A program made the translations under genes and the position numbers. DNA of 64,000 bases, from the NCBI GenBank assembly GCA_963788655.1, contig CAWBHS010000072.1:320001-384000 (forward strand), given 5' to 3'. Below, one piece after another: positions 19,411 to 31,484 of the stretch (its first letter is position 1; every line of letters starts with the position of its first letter). Under the pieces are notes generated by a model. It made no database searches. It worked only from the letters and a program-made list of their open reading frames with translations, and was not told the DNA's origin. This stretch comes from an uncultured Verrucomicrobiae bacterium (lineage in GTDB: Bacteria; Verrucomicrobiota; Verrucomicrobiia; Limisphaerales; JAFGQR01).

Positions 19411-22400
19411 TCACTTTGTTACAAATGGGTCACCAACAGGCTGAAAACGGTCCGTACGGCTAGATACCCAGGCACACAGTCCGAAGCTCCGGCCTCCCTC
19501 CCATAAGCCGAAAAATACGTAAGGGTTGCTAACACCAGTTGAAAAATCCTCGCTGATAAATGGCTCGTACGTATGAGTGATGGCTCCCACGGGGGTGTAG
19601 ACGTAGTTCGAGCCACCTAACGCGTTATGCGCGAACCAATTGTGGTAGCTGCCCTGATAATCAATGGGAATCCATTGTCCATTGTACGATTCGATGGTTT
19701 CGATTACGTACCAAGAGCTGCTATCATGAAATCGAATTCCGCCGTAACCGTAATTGTTTGTTGACCAGTAAGTGCCCAAATCTCCATGAAAGCCCCAGGA
19801 GAGGTATCCTACAACGTTTGTGCAATCGAAGAAATGGTCGTTAAAGTTAGTGCTGTACACGTAGTGAACAGAATCGCTATCTGCTCCATATGCCAACACG
19901 CCATTCTTGGCATAAAGGCCTGGAACTATGCTCTCCCACGATCCAATACCCTTATTGTAGTTTCGTTCGTCGTCAAAATAGAAATCGCTGTTACCGTATC
20001 CTCCCACTTTCGGACTTATGCGGATTCGGCCCGACGAATAGTTGCTGCCAAAAAACGCAAGTTTGTCCACATAGGCAAAGCAATCCGCCGGCGTCCGCAT
20101 GTTAATATGCGTTACGAAAGGCCTTCTGCTTGGGTAAATCGGACCGAAGGATGAAACTCGAACTCGGTTGCCCACCCAGATGGGTGATAACGCACTCCGG
20201 CGGGCAAGTGCTGGCCGGCACTCCGTAAAACAAGACAATGAAATTGGGCCGTTTGGTGGGATTGTTCGTCAGCCATTCGAGCACCGGCGTGATCAAAGTG
20301 TTTGTGGTTTCCATTAAGTCCACGTAACGCTCCGCATTCGTTTCTGCGCCGTCAATGCCCAGCACGTTGGCGTCGGCCACCAGCGGGCGGTTGGTGCGGT
20401 AGTAGTTCAGGACGGCTACGCTATCCGGACAGTTGGTGTTACAGATTAACAACAAATCTTGGGACGGTTTGACCGGATAATTGAGCAGTCCATTGTAAGC
20501 CAGGGTCAGACAATGAAAACCGCCCGCCACCACCATTTTGGTATCGCCCAGTTGCTCGGCGGGGATGTCGGTCTGGCCGAATTGGTCCCGGCCCCAGGCG
20601 ACCGCGCTGCCGTCGTTGCGGAGGGCAGCGCTGAACATGTATCCGGCGGTCACTTGCATCACGTTATCGAGTTCGGCAGGAACGTCGGTTTCGCCCCAAC
20701 CGCTGTCAAGGCCCAGTCCCGTCACGGTGCCATCCGCTTTCAACGCCAGCGCATGCGTGTACGCCGCGGCAATCTGGACCACATTGGTTAGGTCCTCGGG
20801 AATGGTGATTGCCCCAAAACCGCCGGTGCCCCAGGCACGCACCGTGCCGTTGCTTAAGAGGGCGTAACTCAGTCCGTCTCCCGCGGCGATAGCCGTCACG
20901 TTGGTCACGTCCTCCGGAACGTCGATGGCCCCGTAGCTGTTGTCACCCCAGCCCAAAATTGTTCCGTCCTGGCGCAAGGCCAGGCTGTGGTAGGAACCAG
21001 CGGCCACGGCGGCAATGTTCGTCGCGCTGGACGGGACATTGGCTTCCCCGTAGGTGTTGGCTCCCCAAGCCACGACCGACCCGTCGTGCTTGAGCGCGAG
21101 GTTGTGGGTAGCGCCGGCAGCGATGGCGACGACATCCGTCAATCCTGCGGGAACATTGGTCTGGCCCCAAAAGTTGTCCCCCCAGGCCAGGACGGTTTCG
21201 TTCTCGCGCAAGCCCAGGCTGTGCAAACCGCCGGCGGCAACCGCCACGAAATTGGTTTCGGCTGGATCCACAAAGCTTTGGCCATACTCGTCATCTCCCC
21301 AACCATAGACGACGCCGGGCAGCACGATATGAATGGTCCAAGTGCCGAAATTGGTCGAGCCGGCGGCATTACTCACGTCCACGCTGTATTCACTGTTTGC
21401 GATGTCTGGGCTGGTCACCTTCGGATTCAATATCGAACACGCGATTCGTTGCGTCCGGAATGGCTTCCCCGTTGCGGTTCCATTGGTATGCGAAGGGAAA
21501 GGAATTCGTGTCGGCAGACGTGGCTACGACGCTCAAATTGGTGTACATCGGTGAACCAATAGGTGCCCGGTACCGGGGGCGTAGCTTCAACGAATTGAGG
21601 TGGACGCAAGAGGGTAAAGGTCACGACATCACTCGTAACCGAGCCGGCCCCGTTAAACACGATAACCTGGTAGTCGCCTTCGTCACTCGACTGAACGTTT
21701 GTCAGGGAAAAGGCGGCATTGGTTGCATCCGGAATGTCCACTTCGTCAAATTGCCATTGATACCGCAAGCCCGGACCAACCGCTTACTATCCTGAAGGTC
21801 ACATCCCAGCCTTCCGGAGCCACTTGGTTTGTAGGTTGCGTCACAATCAGCGGCGTTAGGCGGCCGCCGCGTGCCGCCAAGCCATGAAGGACTCCAGAGC
21901 CGATTGCCACCAGGTTGCTGTGCATGAAGGCCGGCGGTTCGAGATCGCCCCAAGTAACCAACGTGCCGTCACTCCGCAGGGCGATGCTGTGGAAACCTCC
22001 CGCCGCAATCGCGACAACGTTCGAAAGGTCTTCCGGCACGATGGATTGGCCATAGGAAAAGAGCCAGTCCTCCCCGTTACCGGCACCCCTGGCGGTTACA
22101 GTGCCATCATTTCTGAGTGCCAGGGTGTGATACGCTCCGGCCGCGACGGCGGTCACATTGCTCAGGTCCGGAGGCACGTTGGTCACATTCCAATCCAGGG
22201 AGGCAAATCCGTATCCCCAGGCGCGCACGGTGCCGTCATTCAGCAAGGCCACGCTATGGGCCCAACCGGCGGCAACTGCTTGCACCCCACTCAAACCCGG
22301 CGGCACGGTGTTGTACGGGGCGTCCTCGTAATAACCCCACGTGCGGACCGTTCCGTCGGCCAGGAGCACAATGTCGTGATCGCCTCCGGCGGCAACGCCA

Positions 22401-24043
22401 CAGACATTCGTCAAATCCTCGGGCAACGATAAATCGAAGAAGTCGCCGTCCCACCATTTTCCCCACGTCTCAACGGTTCCATCCGCTTTGACCGCCACGC
22501 TGTGATATGGACCCGCCGCGAGGTGAATCCCATTTGTGAGGTCCATCGGCATGTTGGTCTGGCTATGAGTGCCGCTCCCCCAAACCACCATCGTGCCGTC
22601 ACTTTGCACAACCAAGGAATGCTCGAAGCCGCCAGCCGAGTCCACGGCATTGCGCACGCCGAGCGGCACGTCGCACTGGCCATAAGCGTTGTCGCCCCAC
22701 GCCACGACCATCGTATCGTGCGGATTCGATATGGCTTGGTATTCCTGCAAATTGGTAAGCCAGTCGCCGTCTGGATCGTCACTCGCATCGTCCAGCAAAG
22801 GATTGAGGGCATGACCGATTTCCCAGCCATCCGGCATTTCGTCGCCGTCCGTGTCATCGTTTGCGATGTCCGTTTTGCTCACAAGCTGCTCGAACGCATC
22901 GGAGAGTTCGTCGTCATCACGGTCTTGCGGGGTGCCCAACACATAGAAAGCAAAGGTTTCCAACTGATTCGTGTATTGGTAGGTGCTGCACGTGGGACCT
23001 CGTTCCAACCAAGTCCACTGCGAATTGGTGATGCCATTGCCGGACAAGCTCGAAGCGGCGAATACGTCGTACAGCAACCCATTGGTGCCGCCTTGAATGT
23101 CAAAGGTTACCGTCCAGCCCTGGTTGGCATCCAGCACGGACCAAATGTTCGTAATGTAAACCGGGACATTGGTGACGCACTCGGTTGTGCCGCCGAGCAA
23201 GCGCATCATTGGCAAATCGTTAGCCGCAGCCGCAGCCTTGGGTAGGGCCTGCCATTCGGCCTCGCTCAGTGGCCCCAATGCTGCCTGCGCCTGGTGCATG
23301 ACGTAGTAAAAGGCCACCGCCTCCTCGGTGAGCGGTTGACCAAAGACGTATAACTCCTCCAGATCGCACTCCGCGCTCACGTTGCCCGACCAAGAGCTGC
23401 CAATCACGAGCGCGGCGGCGTTTGGAGGTATTGCGGCTGTCCCCTTGCCTTGAGCCGCTAGTTCGCCATCAACGAACAAGGAGGTTCCGCTCGGCCCGAA
23501 GTTCAGCCCCAGACAATGAGCCGTGGGCAACCAGGCAATCTCAGTGTGGGGCAACTCACTGGGCGCCGTGTCGCCCGGAGCGAACAGGGCCAAAGTCGAA
23601 CCGTCCGGTGAAACTTGCAGCGACCAAACAACGATTGCTTCCTTGCCATCAATCGCTGTGAGTTCAATTAACGGCGCATACTGGCCTGGGCCGGTGCCCC
23701 CCAGCGACCGGCTGGCCCAGTAAGGTGTCAGCCAGAAGCGGACCGATGAATCCAAGTGACTTGCCACATTGGTACGGCCTTCGGTGTTAATCCCTGGCAC
23801 AATGAGTGGCTTCACGGTTCCAGAGCGTTCAATAGCATACCCCGACCATGATTCCCGCAGAATGCCGATGTTGACAGCGACCAATTCGGCAGTTGTGGCA
23901 TCGGAAATTGTCGTCCAATCAAACGTTTCGTGGAACAATACCGGGGCGGTTAATTCGGGAAACGGCGGCCAAGGAGGTCGCGGCCGAGCCAATCCTACAG
24001 GGGCCAAAAATGACCCACTTGCCAGCAAGAGCAAGCAAACCAA
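19411..24043 (-). CDS. Large secreted protein: LamG-like, DxDxDG repeats, RCC1/BLIP-II repeats, Ig, TIGR03790-like C-terminus (frameshifted across four ORFs)
   Basis: ORFs 21746..24043, 21427..21768, 21390..21590, 20102..21430 and 19411..20238 join as one architecture; many AIAAG..HSLAL..DGTV.AWG repeats; C-terminus LLLICNTNCPDSVAVLNYY ... GAITHTYEP ... VGDPF; true start may be near 24087-24096. Confidence 0.7.
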
Positions 24044-24204
24044 CTGGTTTACTTGGGAATGAGGTAAGTTGCCTTCCTTTGTTTCATGGCGTTCATAGCT
24101 TTGCTTGGTTTTCTTCAGTCCATTGGCGAATTAATCAAAGCCGGCACGCTCTGTAAACAAAAATCATCACACATACGTTATGCGTTCTTGGCCAGTCTTC
24201 AGGA

Positions 24205-24417
24205 GTGCGGCGAAATTTGGATCGTCAACTTGCAGCGTACCTTCGAAAGGCGAGGGGCGGCCTTTCGTACGCTGAATTCTCGAAAAAGGTCGGGTTGTCG
24301 CACACAACGCTCCACCGCATCGAGCGCGGAGAACATCATCTCACGCTGCACAAGTTGGAAAGCATTCTCGAAAAACTCAAAATCCGGCTAAGAGACATCT
24401 TCCCTGAGGAGTTTTAA
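24205..24417 (+). CDS. XRE-family helix-turn-helix protein
   Basis: LRKARGGLSYAEFSKKVGLSHTTLHRIERGE. Confidence 0.8.
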   Translation: MRRNLDRQLAAYLRKARGGLSYAEFSKKVGLSHTTLHRIERGEHHLTLHKLESILEKLKIRLRDIFPEEF

Positions 24418-24480
24418 TTGGGGCGGGGCAGTCTTGCCATTGAGAGAAAATCGGTGGAATCCGGCCAGTTCTGCCACTGG

Positions 24481-24517
24481 GCCATTGCTTTTCGCGGTTG
24501 TTTCCCCCAAAGTCAAG
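24481..24517. repeat. 37-bp direct repeat, right copy
   Basis: Identical to 18571-18607. Confidence 0.95.
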
Positions 24518-24638
24518 AGGTGGTTGTGCGGTGCGCACTGGAACATAACCTTTGGAAAGTTTGCTGCTGGCGGGCGAATTTTAACCATGCCGCCAGAGGG
24601 CATAACTGACAGGGCAATGGTAAGCGTAGTTTTTTGGC

Positions 24639-26161
24639 TTGATGCAGACTGATTTGAAATTGAACCGACATGATAAGTTGTCAGAGCGTGTTTTGAACGC
24701 CTGGAAACCTGTAGCCACCAACGTGAGGAGGTGGACGGGACCGCCGGGCGCTGGCAAATCCGCCTCTTCATGTCGGCGGCTACCTTTTTCAAACACGCTC
24801 TTAACTCCGCTCGTTGCGGGTGGGCTCCTCGTGTTGGAGTTGATGTCCGCTTCGGCCTCCATGCTTCGGGCGGATGAACCGGACCCGCGACACGATGCGA
24901 CAGTCGCGGCGGTTCAGCGCGTGATGCCCAGCGTGGTCAATGTGGCCACGGAAACCCTGGTCCCGGCCCAGGATTCGTTGGACGATTTGTTCCGGCAGTT
25001 TTTTGGACCGTATTACCGCCGGCGCCGCCCGAACACGCAATACAGCCTGGGCTCGGGCGTGATCATCGATGAGGAAGGCTTCGTGCTGACCAATTTCCAC
25101 GTGGTCAACCGCGCCAATCGGATCTGGGTGCGCCTGATGGATGGCCGGGAATTCGAGTGCGAAAAGGTTTCCGGCACCAGCTTCACCGACGTGGCGCTGC
25201 TGAAAATCAAGGCCCCGAAAGGCGAGAAGTTCACGGCCGTGAAATTTGCCGAAGACGACGATCTGTTGCTGGGCGAGACGGTGCTGGCGTTGGGCAATCC
25301 CTTTGGCCTGGGCGGTTCGGTCACCCGGGGAATTTTGAGTTCCAAGAGCCGCCGTCCGCCCGCGGAAAACGAACCGCTCGACATCCTCGACTGGCTGCAA
25401 ACGGACGCGGCCATCAATCCGGGCAATAGCGGCGGACCGTTGGTCGATTTGCGGGGCCAATTGATCGGCATCAACGTAGCCATTTACCGGGAAGGGCAGG
25501 GGATTGGGTTTGCCATTCCGGTCAAACGCGTGACCGAGGCGATTGCCGAGATTTATTCGCCGAACTGCTCAAAGAACTCTGGTTCGGCGCGCGGGTGCGT
25601 CCCGGCACGAAACCGTTGACCGTGACCGCCGTGGACAAGGACAGTCCAGCCGATAAAGCCGGTTTGCACGTGGGAGACAAAGTCGTGGAAGTCAATGGCA
25701 AGGCACCGCGGAGTTTTATCGACTTCATCCAGCAGTTGTTGGATGCCGGGGACAAGGCGAAAATCAAATTGGTGGTTCAAGGAGACAACGACAAACGCAC
25801 CTGCTCTTTGCAGTTGGAACCGGAAAAATCGTTTTTCAACACTGACTTGGTGCGCCGGAAACTGGGGATGACGGTGCAAACCTTGACACCCCGGTTGGCT
25901 GAGAGTTTTGGGGTGACTGGTGCGGCGGGCGCGCTCATTTCCGAGGTCGAATCCGGCAGTCCGGCGGCCAAGGCGGAATTGCAGTCCGGCATGGTGATCA
26001 CCGCCATGGATGGTCAGGAAACACACGATGTGGTCGAGCTCGCCAAAATGCTGCACGCCAAAAGCAAGGGCGACCGAGTGAAGCTCAATCTGGTGGCGCC
26101 CATCCAACGCGGCATTTTCATCCGGATCACTTCGGGCACGGTCGAATTGGTCGTGCGGTGA
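24639..26161 (+). CDS. HtrA/DegP-like serine protease with two PDZ domains (frameshift near 25560; start uncertain)
   Basis: LGSGVII, LTNFHVV, DVALLKI, QTDAAINPGNSGGPL; PDZ domains in ORF 25595..26161. Confidence 0.88.
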
Positions 26162-26210
26162 AATTCCTTGGACGGAAGGCAAGGCGTTGGCGTAGGATGC
26201 TGCCCGCCCC

Positions 26211-27180
26211 ATGAGTGAGCATGCAATGATTGTAGCGGAGAACCTGACCAAACGTTACGGCCGGCACGTAGCGGTCAATGGCGTTTCGTTTTCCGTTAAG
26301 CGGGGCGAAATCGTCGGTCTGTTGGGGCCCAACGGGGCCGGCAAGAGCACCATCATGCGGATTCTGACGTGCTTCATGCCCGCCACCTCCGGCACGGTGC
26401 GGGTCGCCTGGTTTGATGTGTTCAGCCAGGCCGATGAAGTGCGCCGCCGGTTCGGCTACATGCCGGAGAACAATCCGCTGTACCAGGACATGCGGGTCCA
26501 GGAATACCTCCGGTTCCGCGCCCGGCTCAAAGGGCTTGAGCCGCAGTCGAACGCGGGAACGCATGGACGCGGTGATCGAGCAATGCGGATTGAGAGACGT
26601 CAGCCGCCGGATCATCGGGCAATTGTCCAAAGGTTACCAGCAACGGGTTGGCCTGGCGGATGCCCTGGTGCATCGAGCCGGAGTTGATCATTTTGGACGA
26701 ACCCACGCTGGGGCTGGATCCCAATCAAATGCGCACGGTGCGGCAATTGATCAAAGACCTGGCGCAGCACCACACCGTGTTGATCTCGACGCACATTCTG
26801 CCCGAAGTCGAAGTGACTTGTCACGCGCGTGTTAATTTTGCACGGCGGCAAAATCCTGGCGGCGGACACGGTGGACAATCTGCGTTATCAAATGGGCAAG
26901 AGCGGCCAAGTGGTGGCCGAAATCGCCGCGCCCGCCGCGGAACTGCGCGCGTGCTGGGATGAGTCGCCGGAAGTCGAGCACCTGGACTTGGTGCCCGTGG
27001 ACGGAGAATATGTTCGTTGCAGCCTTACGGCTCGGAGCGGCGTGGATTTGCGGCCTGCAGATTTTTTCACTCGTCACGGAGCGTGGCTGGAAAATGCGGG
27101 AACTAACCCGCACGCGCCATTCGCTGGAGGACATGTTTGTGCGGGTCACTCGACCGGAACTCGAAGAGGAGGAAGGCTGA
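26211..27180 (+). CDS. ABC transporter ATP-binding protein, GldA-like (several frameshifts)
   Basis: GPNGAGKST, LSKGYQQRVGLA, ILDEPTLGLDP, STHILPEVE, SLEDMF spread over consecutive frames. Confidence 0.82.
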
Positions 27181-27932
27181 TGCAGGGGTATTGGACATTG
27201 GTGCGGCGCGAATTGAGCGCGTATTTCTCTTCCTGGACGGGTTACGTCATCATCGCGGCCGTGTTGTTTTTGCTGGGCAGCAGTTTTGCCAGTCTTTTGT
27301 TTGTGCTGAACACGCAGCCGACCGATCTGCCGATCACCGAGGTGTTTTACGGCACCTATTATTTCTGGCTGATTCTGGTGATCGCCACGCCGATCATTAC
27401 CATGCGGTCGTTTGCCCTGGAAAAGTATTCCGGCACGTTCGAAACGTTGATGACGGCGCCGGTCAGCGATTTGCAGGTGGTGCTGGCAAAGTTCACCGGG
27501 GCGATGCTGTTCTTTATCGTCACCTGGTTGCCGTTGCTGGGATGTCTGCTGGTGGTGCGCTATTTCAGTGATGATCCCCAGGTGATGGATGCCGGGACAG
27601 TCGTCTCGATGTACGCGGGCATCGTGTTGCTGGGCGCGCTGTTTATTTCGCTTGGGTGCTTTGCTTCGGCGCTAACCCGCAGCCAGATTATCGCGGCGAT
27701 GACCAGTTTTGCGCTGGGGATTTCTTTGCTGTTGATTAGTTTCGTCTCCTTGACCTTTTCCACCAAGACCGGTTGGGAAGCCCAGATCTACGCGCAGGTG
27801 GGGATGATCGAGCAGATGCAGGACTTCGCCCGGGGCGTGGTGGATACGCGACCAGTCATTTATTATTTGAGCCTGACCGCTTTGTTTCTTTTTTTAACTT
27901 ACAAAGTCGTGGAAAGCAGGCGTTGGAAATAG
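27180..27932 (+). CDS. ABC-2 permease, GldF-like
   Basis: RRELSAYF, ITMRSFALEKYSGTFETLMTAPV, multiple TM helices; ATG overlaps the upstream TGA. Confidence 0.85.
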   Translation: MQGYWTLVRRELSAYFSSWTGYVIIAAVLFLLGSSFASLLFVLNTQPTDLPITEVFYGTYYFWLILVIATPIITMRSFALEKYSGTFETLMTAPVSDLQVVLAKFTGAMLFFIVTWLPLLGCLLVVRYFSDDPQVMDAGTVVSMYAGIVLLGALFISLGCFASALTRSQIIAAMTSFALGISLLLISFVSLTFSTKTGWEAQIYAQVGMIEQMQDFARGVVDTRPVIYYLSLTALFLFLTYKVVESRRWK

Positions 27933-27933
27933 G

Positions 27934-29439
27934 ATGACCAACGATACTCCCAGTTACTCCGTTCAACAAAAACGACGCATCGGCTTGCAGGTCGGGGTGT
28001 CCATTCTCGCCTTTGCGGCCATTGTGGTGATGGTGAACTATCTCGCCGCGCGGCACTTCACCCGCTTGCTTTGGTCCACCAAAGCCAGCCAGCCGTTCTC
28101 GCCGCTGACGCGCACCATCCTGGCGACGGTGACCAACGAAGTGCAGGTCACGGTCTTTTTTGACAAGGACGAGCCGTTGTATGACTCCGTTTGGGGTTTG
28201 TTGAAGGAATACAATTTCACCAATCCGCGGATCATGGTCGAGCGGGTCGATTACCAGCGCGATCCGGCCACGGCTTTGGCCATGAAGAAACGGTACAACC
28301 TGGACTCGCCGAGCGATAAAAATCTGGTGATCTTTGACTGCAATGGCCGGATCAAGATCGTGTACGAAAATCAACTTTCCGACCTGGACGTCGAGTCGTT
28401 CACCAGCGGTCGCAGCAAGGTCATCCGGCGGACTGATTTCCGCGGCGAAATCGAGTTCACTTCGGCCATCCTGAACGTGACCAGTTCACGAGCTTTGCAT
28501 GCCTATTTTTTGCATGGCCACGGCGAACACCGGTTCGATAGCGATGACAAGTTGATGGGATATTCCCGGTTTTCCGGAGTGCTGGATGAAAACAACATCC
28601 ACTATGACTATGTGAGCCTGCTGGGCACCAACGAGGTTCCCGCTGACTGCCACCTGCTGATCGTTGCCGGACCGAAAAACGCCCTGTTGCCCGAGGAATT
28701 GGACAAGATCAACCGTTACCTCAAACAAGGCGGGCGGATGTTCGTATTGTTCAATTTCGAAAGTTTGGACAAACCGACCGGTTTGGAGCAGTTGCTCGCC
28801 GAATGGGGCGTTGCGGTGGGCAACAACGTGGTGATCGATGAGGAACGCGATCACAGCATCACCGGCCAGGACATGGTCGTTTCCGAATACGGCGATCATC
28901 CGCTGGTGAAGCCCCTGGTTCAGGAACGGTTGTATATCGTTTTACCCCGTTCGATCTCGAGTTTGCCCAGTAGCGGTTCGGGCGGGGACGGCCTCCAGGT
29001 GGAAACGCTGGCTCGGACCAGCAAGAAAGGCCGAGTGATCACCGATGTGCGGATGGACGCCCGTACGGGACCGGCATTGTACAAACGGCCGAATGATTAT
29101 GTCGGGCCGGTGCCGCTCATGGTGGCCGTCGAAAAAGGCGGCATTCCCGGCGTCAGTGCCGAACGCGGCGCCACCCGCATCGTGGTGGTCGGCGAATCGA
29201 TTTTTCTGGGGAACGAAACGTTACCCAAACTTGCCAACCGCGATTTTGCCAGTTACGCCGTCAACTGGTTACTGGCGCGGCACGAATTGCTCGTGGGACT
29301 GACGCCGCAGCCGATCAAGGAATATCGAGTGAACCTGACCGAGGGCCAGATGGCCGGCTTGCGCTGGATCTTTCTACTCGGCATGCCGGGAGCCGTGTTG
29401 CTGGTAGGGCTCCTGGTGCAAATACGCCGCCGAAGCTGA
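27934..29439 (+). CDS. GldG-like ABC auxiliary component
   Basis: N- and C-terminal TM helices, YFLHGHGE, LLIVAGP, NRDF...AVNWL. Confidence 0.82.
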   Translation: MTNDTPSYSVQQKRRIGLQVGVSILAFAAIVVMVNYLAARHFTRLLWSTKASQPFSPLTRTILATVTNEVQVTVFFDKDEPLYDSVWGLLKEYNFTNPRIMVERVDYQRDPATALAMKKRYNLDSPSDKNLVIFDCNGRIKIVYENQLSDLDVESFTSGRSKVIRRTDFRGEIEFTSAILNVTSSRALHAYFLHGHGEHRFDSDDKLMGYSRFSGVLDENNIHYDYVSLLGTNEVPADCHLLIVAGPKNALLPEELDKINRYLKQGGRMFVLFNFESLDKPTGLEQLLAEWGVAVGNNVVIDEERDHSITGQDMVVSEYGDHPLVKPLVQERLYIVLPRSISSLPSSGSGGDGLQVETLARTSKKGRVITDVRMDARTGPALYKRPNDYVGPVPLMVAVEKGGIPGVSAERGATRIVVVGESIFLGNETLPKLANRDFASYAVNWLLARHELLVGLTPQPIKEYRVNLTEGQMAGLRWIFLLGMPGAVLLVGLLVQIRRRS

Positions 29440-29514
29440 ATGCGGATGATGACAAAGCACACTTTGAATTTTGCATATCGATTGGGACTGAACCACGGCG
29501 CTTCGAACACTCCC

Positions 29515-29630
29515 GTAGGACAGGCGTCCCGCCGGTCCCGTTCTTCCAAACAGCGTCCAATGATCTGCGGCACGTTTCCTGTCCAATTGCCGCCGTTCGC
29601 CGTTCGAGACAATCGAGATGGCTGTCCTAC
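29515..29630. repeat. 116-bp REPIN-like element, copy 2
   Basis: GTAGGACAGGCGTCCCGCCGGTC...GACAATCGAGATGGCTGTCCTAC. Confidence 0.7.
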
Positions 29631-29657
29631 TGTGGGTCAAATTGGAGGTGCGTCCAC

Positions 29658-31484
29658 ATGAACCAACGCACCACCTGGCTATTGGCGGGGTTGGCGGTAT
29701 GCCTGTTCCTGTTCATCGTGCTGGTCGAACGCCACGCTCAGACCACCTCGATGATTCCCGAAGAACCGCCGCGGCTGCTATCCTTGCGCGCATCGGAAGT
29801 CACCAACATCCAACTGCGTGTCACCAATCAACTGGTGGTCAAAGTCGAGAAAACCAACGGCGATTGGCATCTCACCCTGCCGATTTATTACCCGGCCCAG
29901 AACGAACGCATCGCGCGACTGCTGGAAATCCTGGAGAATCTGCACAGCCAGAAGTTGATTTCCCTGGCCGAATTGGCGGCGGAGAACCGGACCGTTGCCG
30001 ATTTCGGCCTGGATGTCCCTCAGATGGCGTTGGCGATCCAGCATGGCGGGCAACGCAGCGAGATTCTTTTCGGATCCAAGACCGCTCTCGGCGATCAGGT
30101 GTACGTGCAGATGCTGGCCTCGCCCGACATTTACATCATTGGCTCGGAACTCTTCGACCGCTTGCCGCGCAATGCCGATGATTGGCGCGATCGCTCGTTG
30201 CTGACCCTCAATGGTCTGGTGCTGGACCGCCTCGAGGTGCGGGCGCCTGGCCGGGGTTTTGCGCTGGTCCTCGATCCGACCAACAAGGTGTTTTATCTCT
30301 CCAAGCCCACCCCGGCGCGGGCCGACAACGCGAAGGTGCAGGCACTGCTCCGCAACCTGGCGGCGGGCCGCATTGTCAAATTTGTCACGGATACACCCGG
30401 TAATGATTTGGAGGCTTACGGCCTGCAACCGCCGGCGGTTGAATTGGCATTGGGCCAGGGAACCAACGACCTGTTCGTGGTGCAATTTGGGAAGAGTCCG
30501 ACCAATGACGCAAGCTTGGTCTATGCCCGCCGGCTGAGTCATAACAACATTGTGCTGGTGCGCAAGACGCTCCTGGAAACGCTGTTGACTTCGCACGACG
30601 AATTGCGCGACCGCCAACTCCTGACGTTCAACCCGGAGCAAGTGGACCGGATCGAGGTCACGGGAACGAACGGATTTGGAGTCCATCGCCAGACCAACAG
30701 CACTTGGACCACCACAGGCGCCACACCATTGCTGGTGGATGCGGAATTGGTGCGGGATTGGCTCGACCGCTTGAGTCGTCTGCAAGGTACAGTGGAAAAG
30801 GACGTGGTAACTGATTTTGCCCCTTATGGTCTGGCTCAGCCGGGACGGCAGATTGTCCTTTCTCACCTGGCCACGCTCGCGGACGGCAAACCAACCAACC
30901 AGGTGATCGCGCAGTTGGACCTTGGCAATCAGGAGGGCGAAAAATTGTTCGTGCGCCGGCCGGATGAAAACTCGGCCTATTACGTGGCCGTGGAAGCCCT
31001 CCGGTCCCTGCCGAACGCGGCCTGGCAGTTGCGCGACCGCCGGGTGTTCCACTTCTCAACGAACCAGGTGGCCAGCGTTACCGTTCGGCAGCACGGTTAT
31101 GAGCGCAAACTCTTGCGCAGTCCCGCCGGCAATTGGTCACTCGCGCCGGGATCTCAAGGGGTGATCAACACGTTTGCCGTGGAAGACATGGTGGACCGCC
31201 TGAGCGAATTGCAGGCCAATGCCTGGGTAGCCCGCGGCGATGAAAATCGGGCCCGTTATGGATTCAAGGACGACGATTACCGGCTCACCCTCGAACTCAA
31301 GGATGGAGACAAACCGGAGACGCGCGTTCTGGAATTCGCGCAACGCGAATCGTCGCGTCCACCGCTGGCGTCAACGACCATTGACGGCCAGACCTGGATA
31401 TTCGATTTTCCGGTCATGCTGTATTATCGGTTGATCAGCTATCTGAGCAATCCGCCGTTGCCACCATCTCCGCCCCCGCATTGA
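29658..31484 (+). CDS. DUF4340 domain protein
   Basis: N-terminal TM; repeated (W/L)RDR.L and (F/Y)GL..P motifs; position after GldAFG-like genes. Confidence 0.78.
   Translation: MNQRTTWLLAGLAVCLFLFIVLVERHAQTTSMIPEEPPRLLSLRASEVTNIQLRVTNQLVVKVEKTNGDWHLTLPIYYPAQNERIARLLEILENLHSQKLISLAELAAENRTVADFGLDVPQMALAIQHGGQRSEILFGSKTALGDQVYVQMLASPDIYIIGSELFDRLPRNADDWRDRSLLTLNGLVLDRLEVRAPGRGFALVLDPTNKVFYLSKPTPARADNAKVQALLRNLAAGRIVKFVTDTPGNDLEAYGLQPPAVELALGQGTNDLFVVQFGKSPTNDASLVYARRLSHNNIVLVRKTLLETLLTSHDELRDRQLLTFNPEQVDRIEVTGTNGFGVHRQTNSTWTTTGATPLLVDAELVRDWLDRLSRLQGTVEKDVVTDFAPYGLAQPGRQIVLSHLATLADGKPTNQVIAQLDLGNQEGEKLFVRRPDENSAYYVAVEALRSLPNAAWQLRDRRVFHFSTNQVASVTVRQHGYERKLLRSPAGNWSLAPGSQGVINTFAVEDMVDRLSELQANAWVARGDENRARYGFKDDDYRLTLELKDGDKPETRVLEFAQRESSRPPLASTTIDGQTWIFDFPVMLYYRLISYLSNPPLPPSPPPH

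Noticed and set aside
18571..24517. 37-bp repeat as a CRISPR repeat or tRNA-derived att site
   Set aside because: Only two copies 5.9 kb apart, no spacers or cas genes, no tRNA-like structure
26211..29439. Gliding motility function for the GldA/F/G-like genes
   Set aside because: This ABC module is widespread in non-gliding bacteria and no other gliding genes are present here
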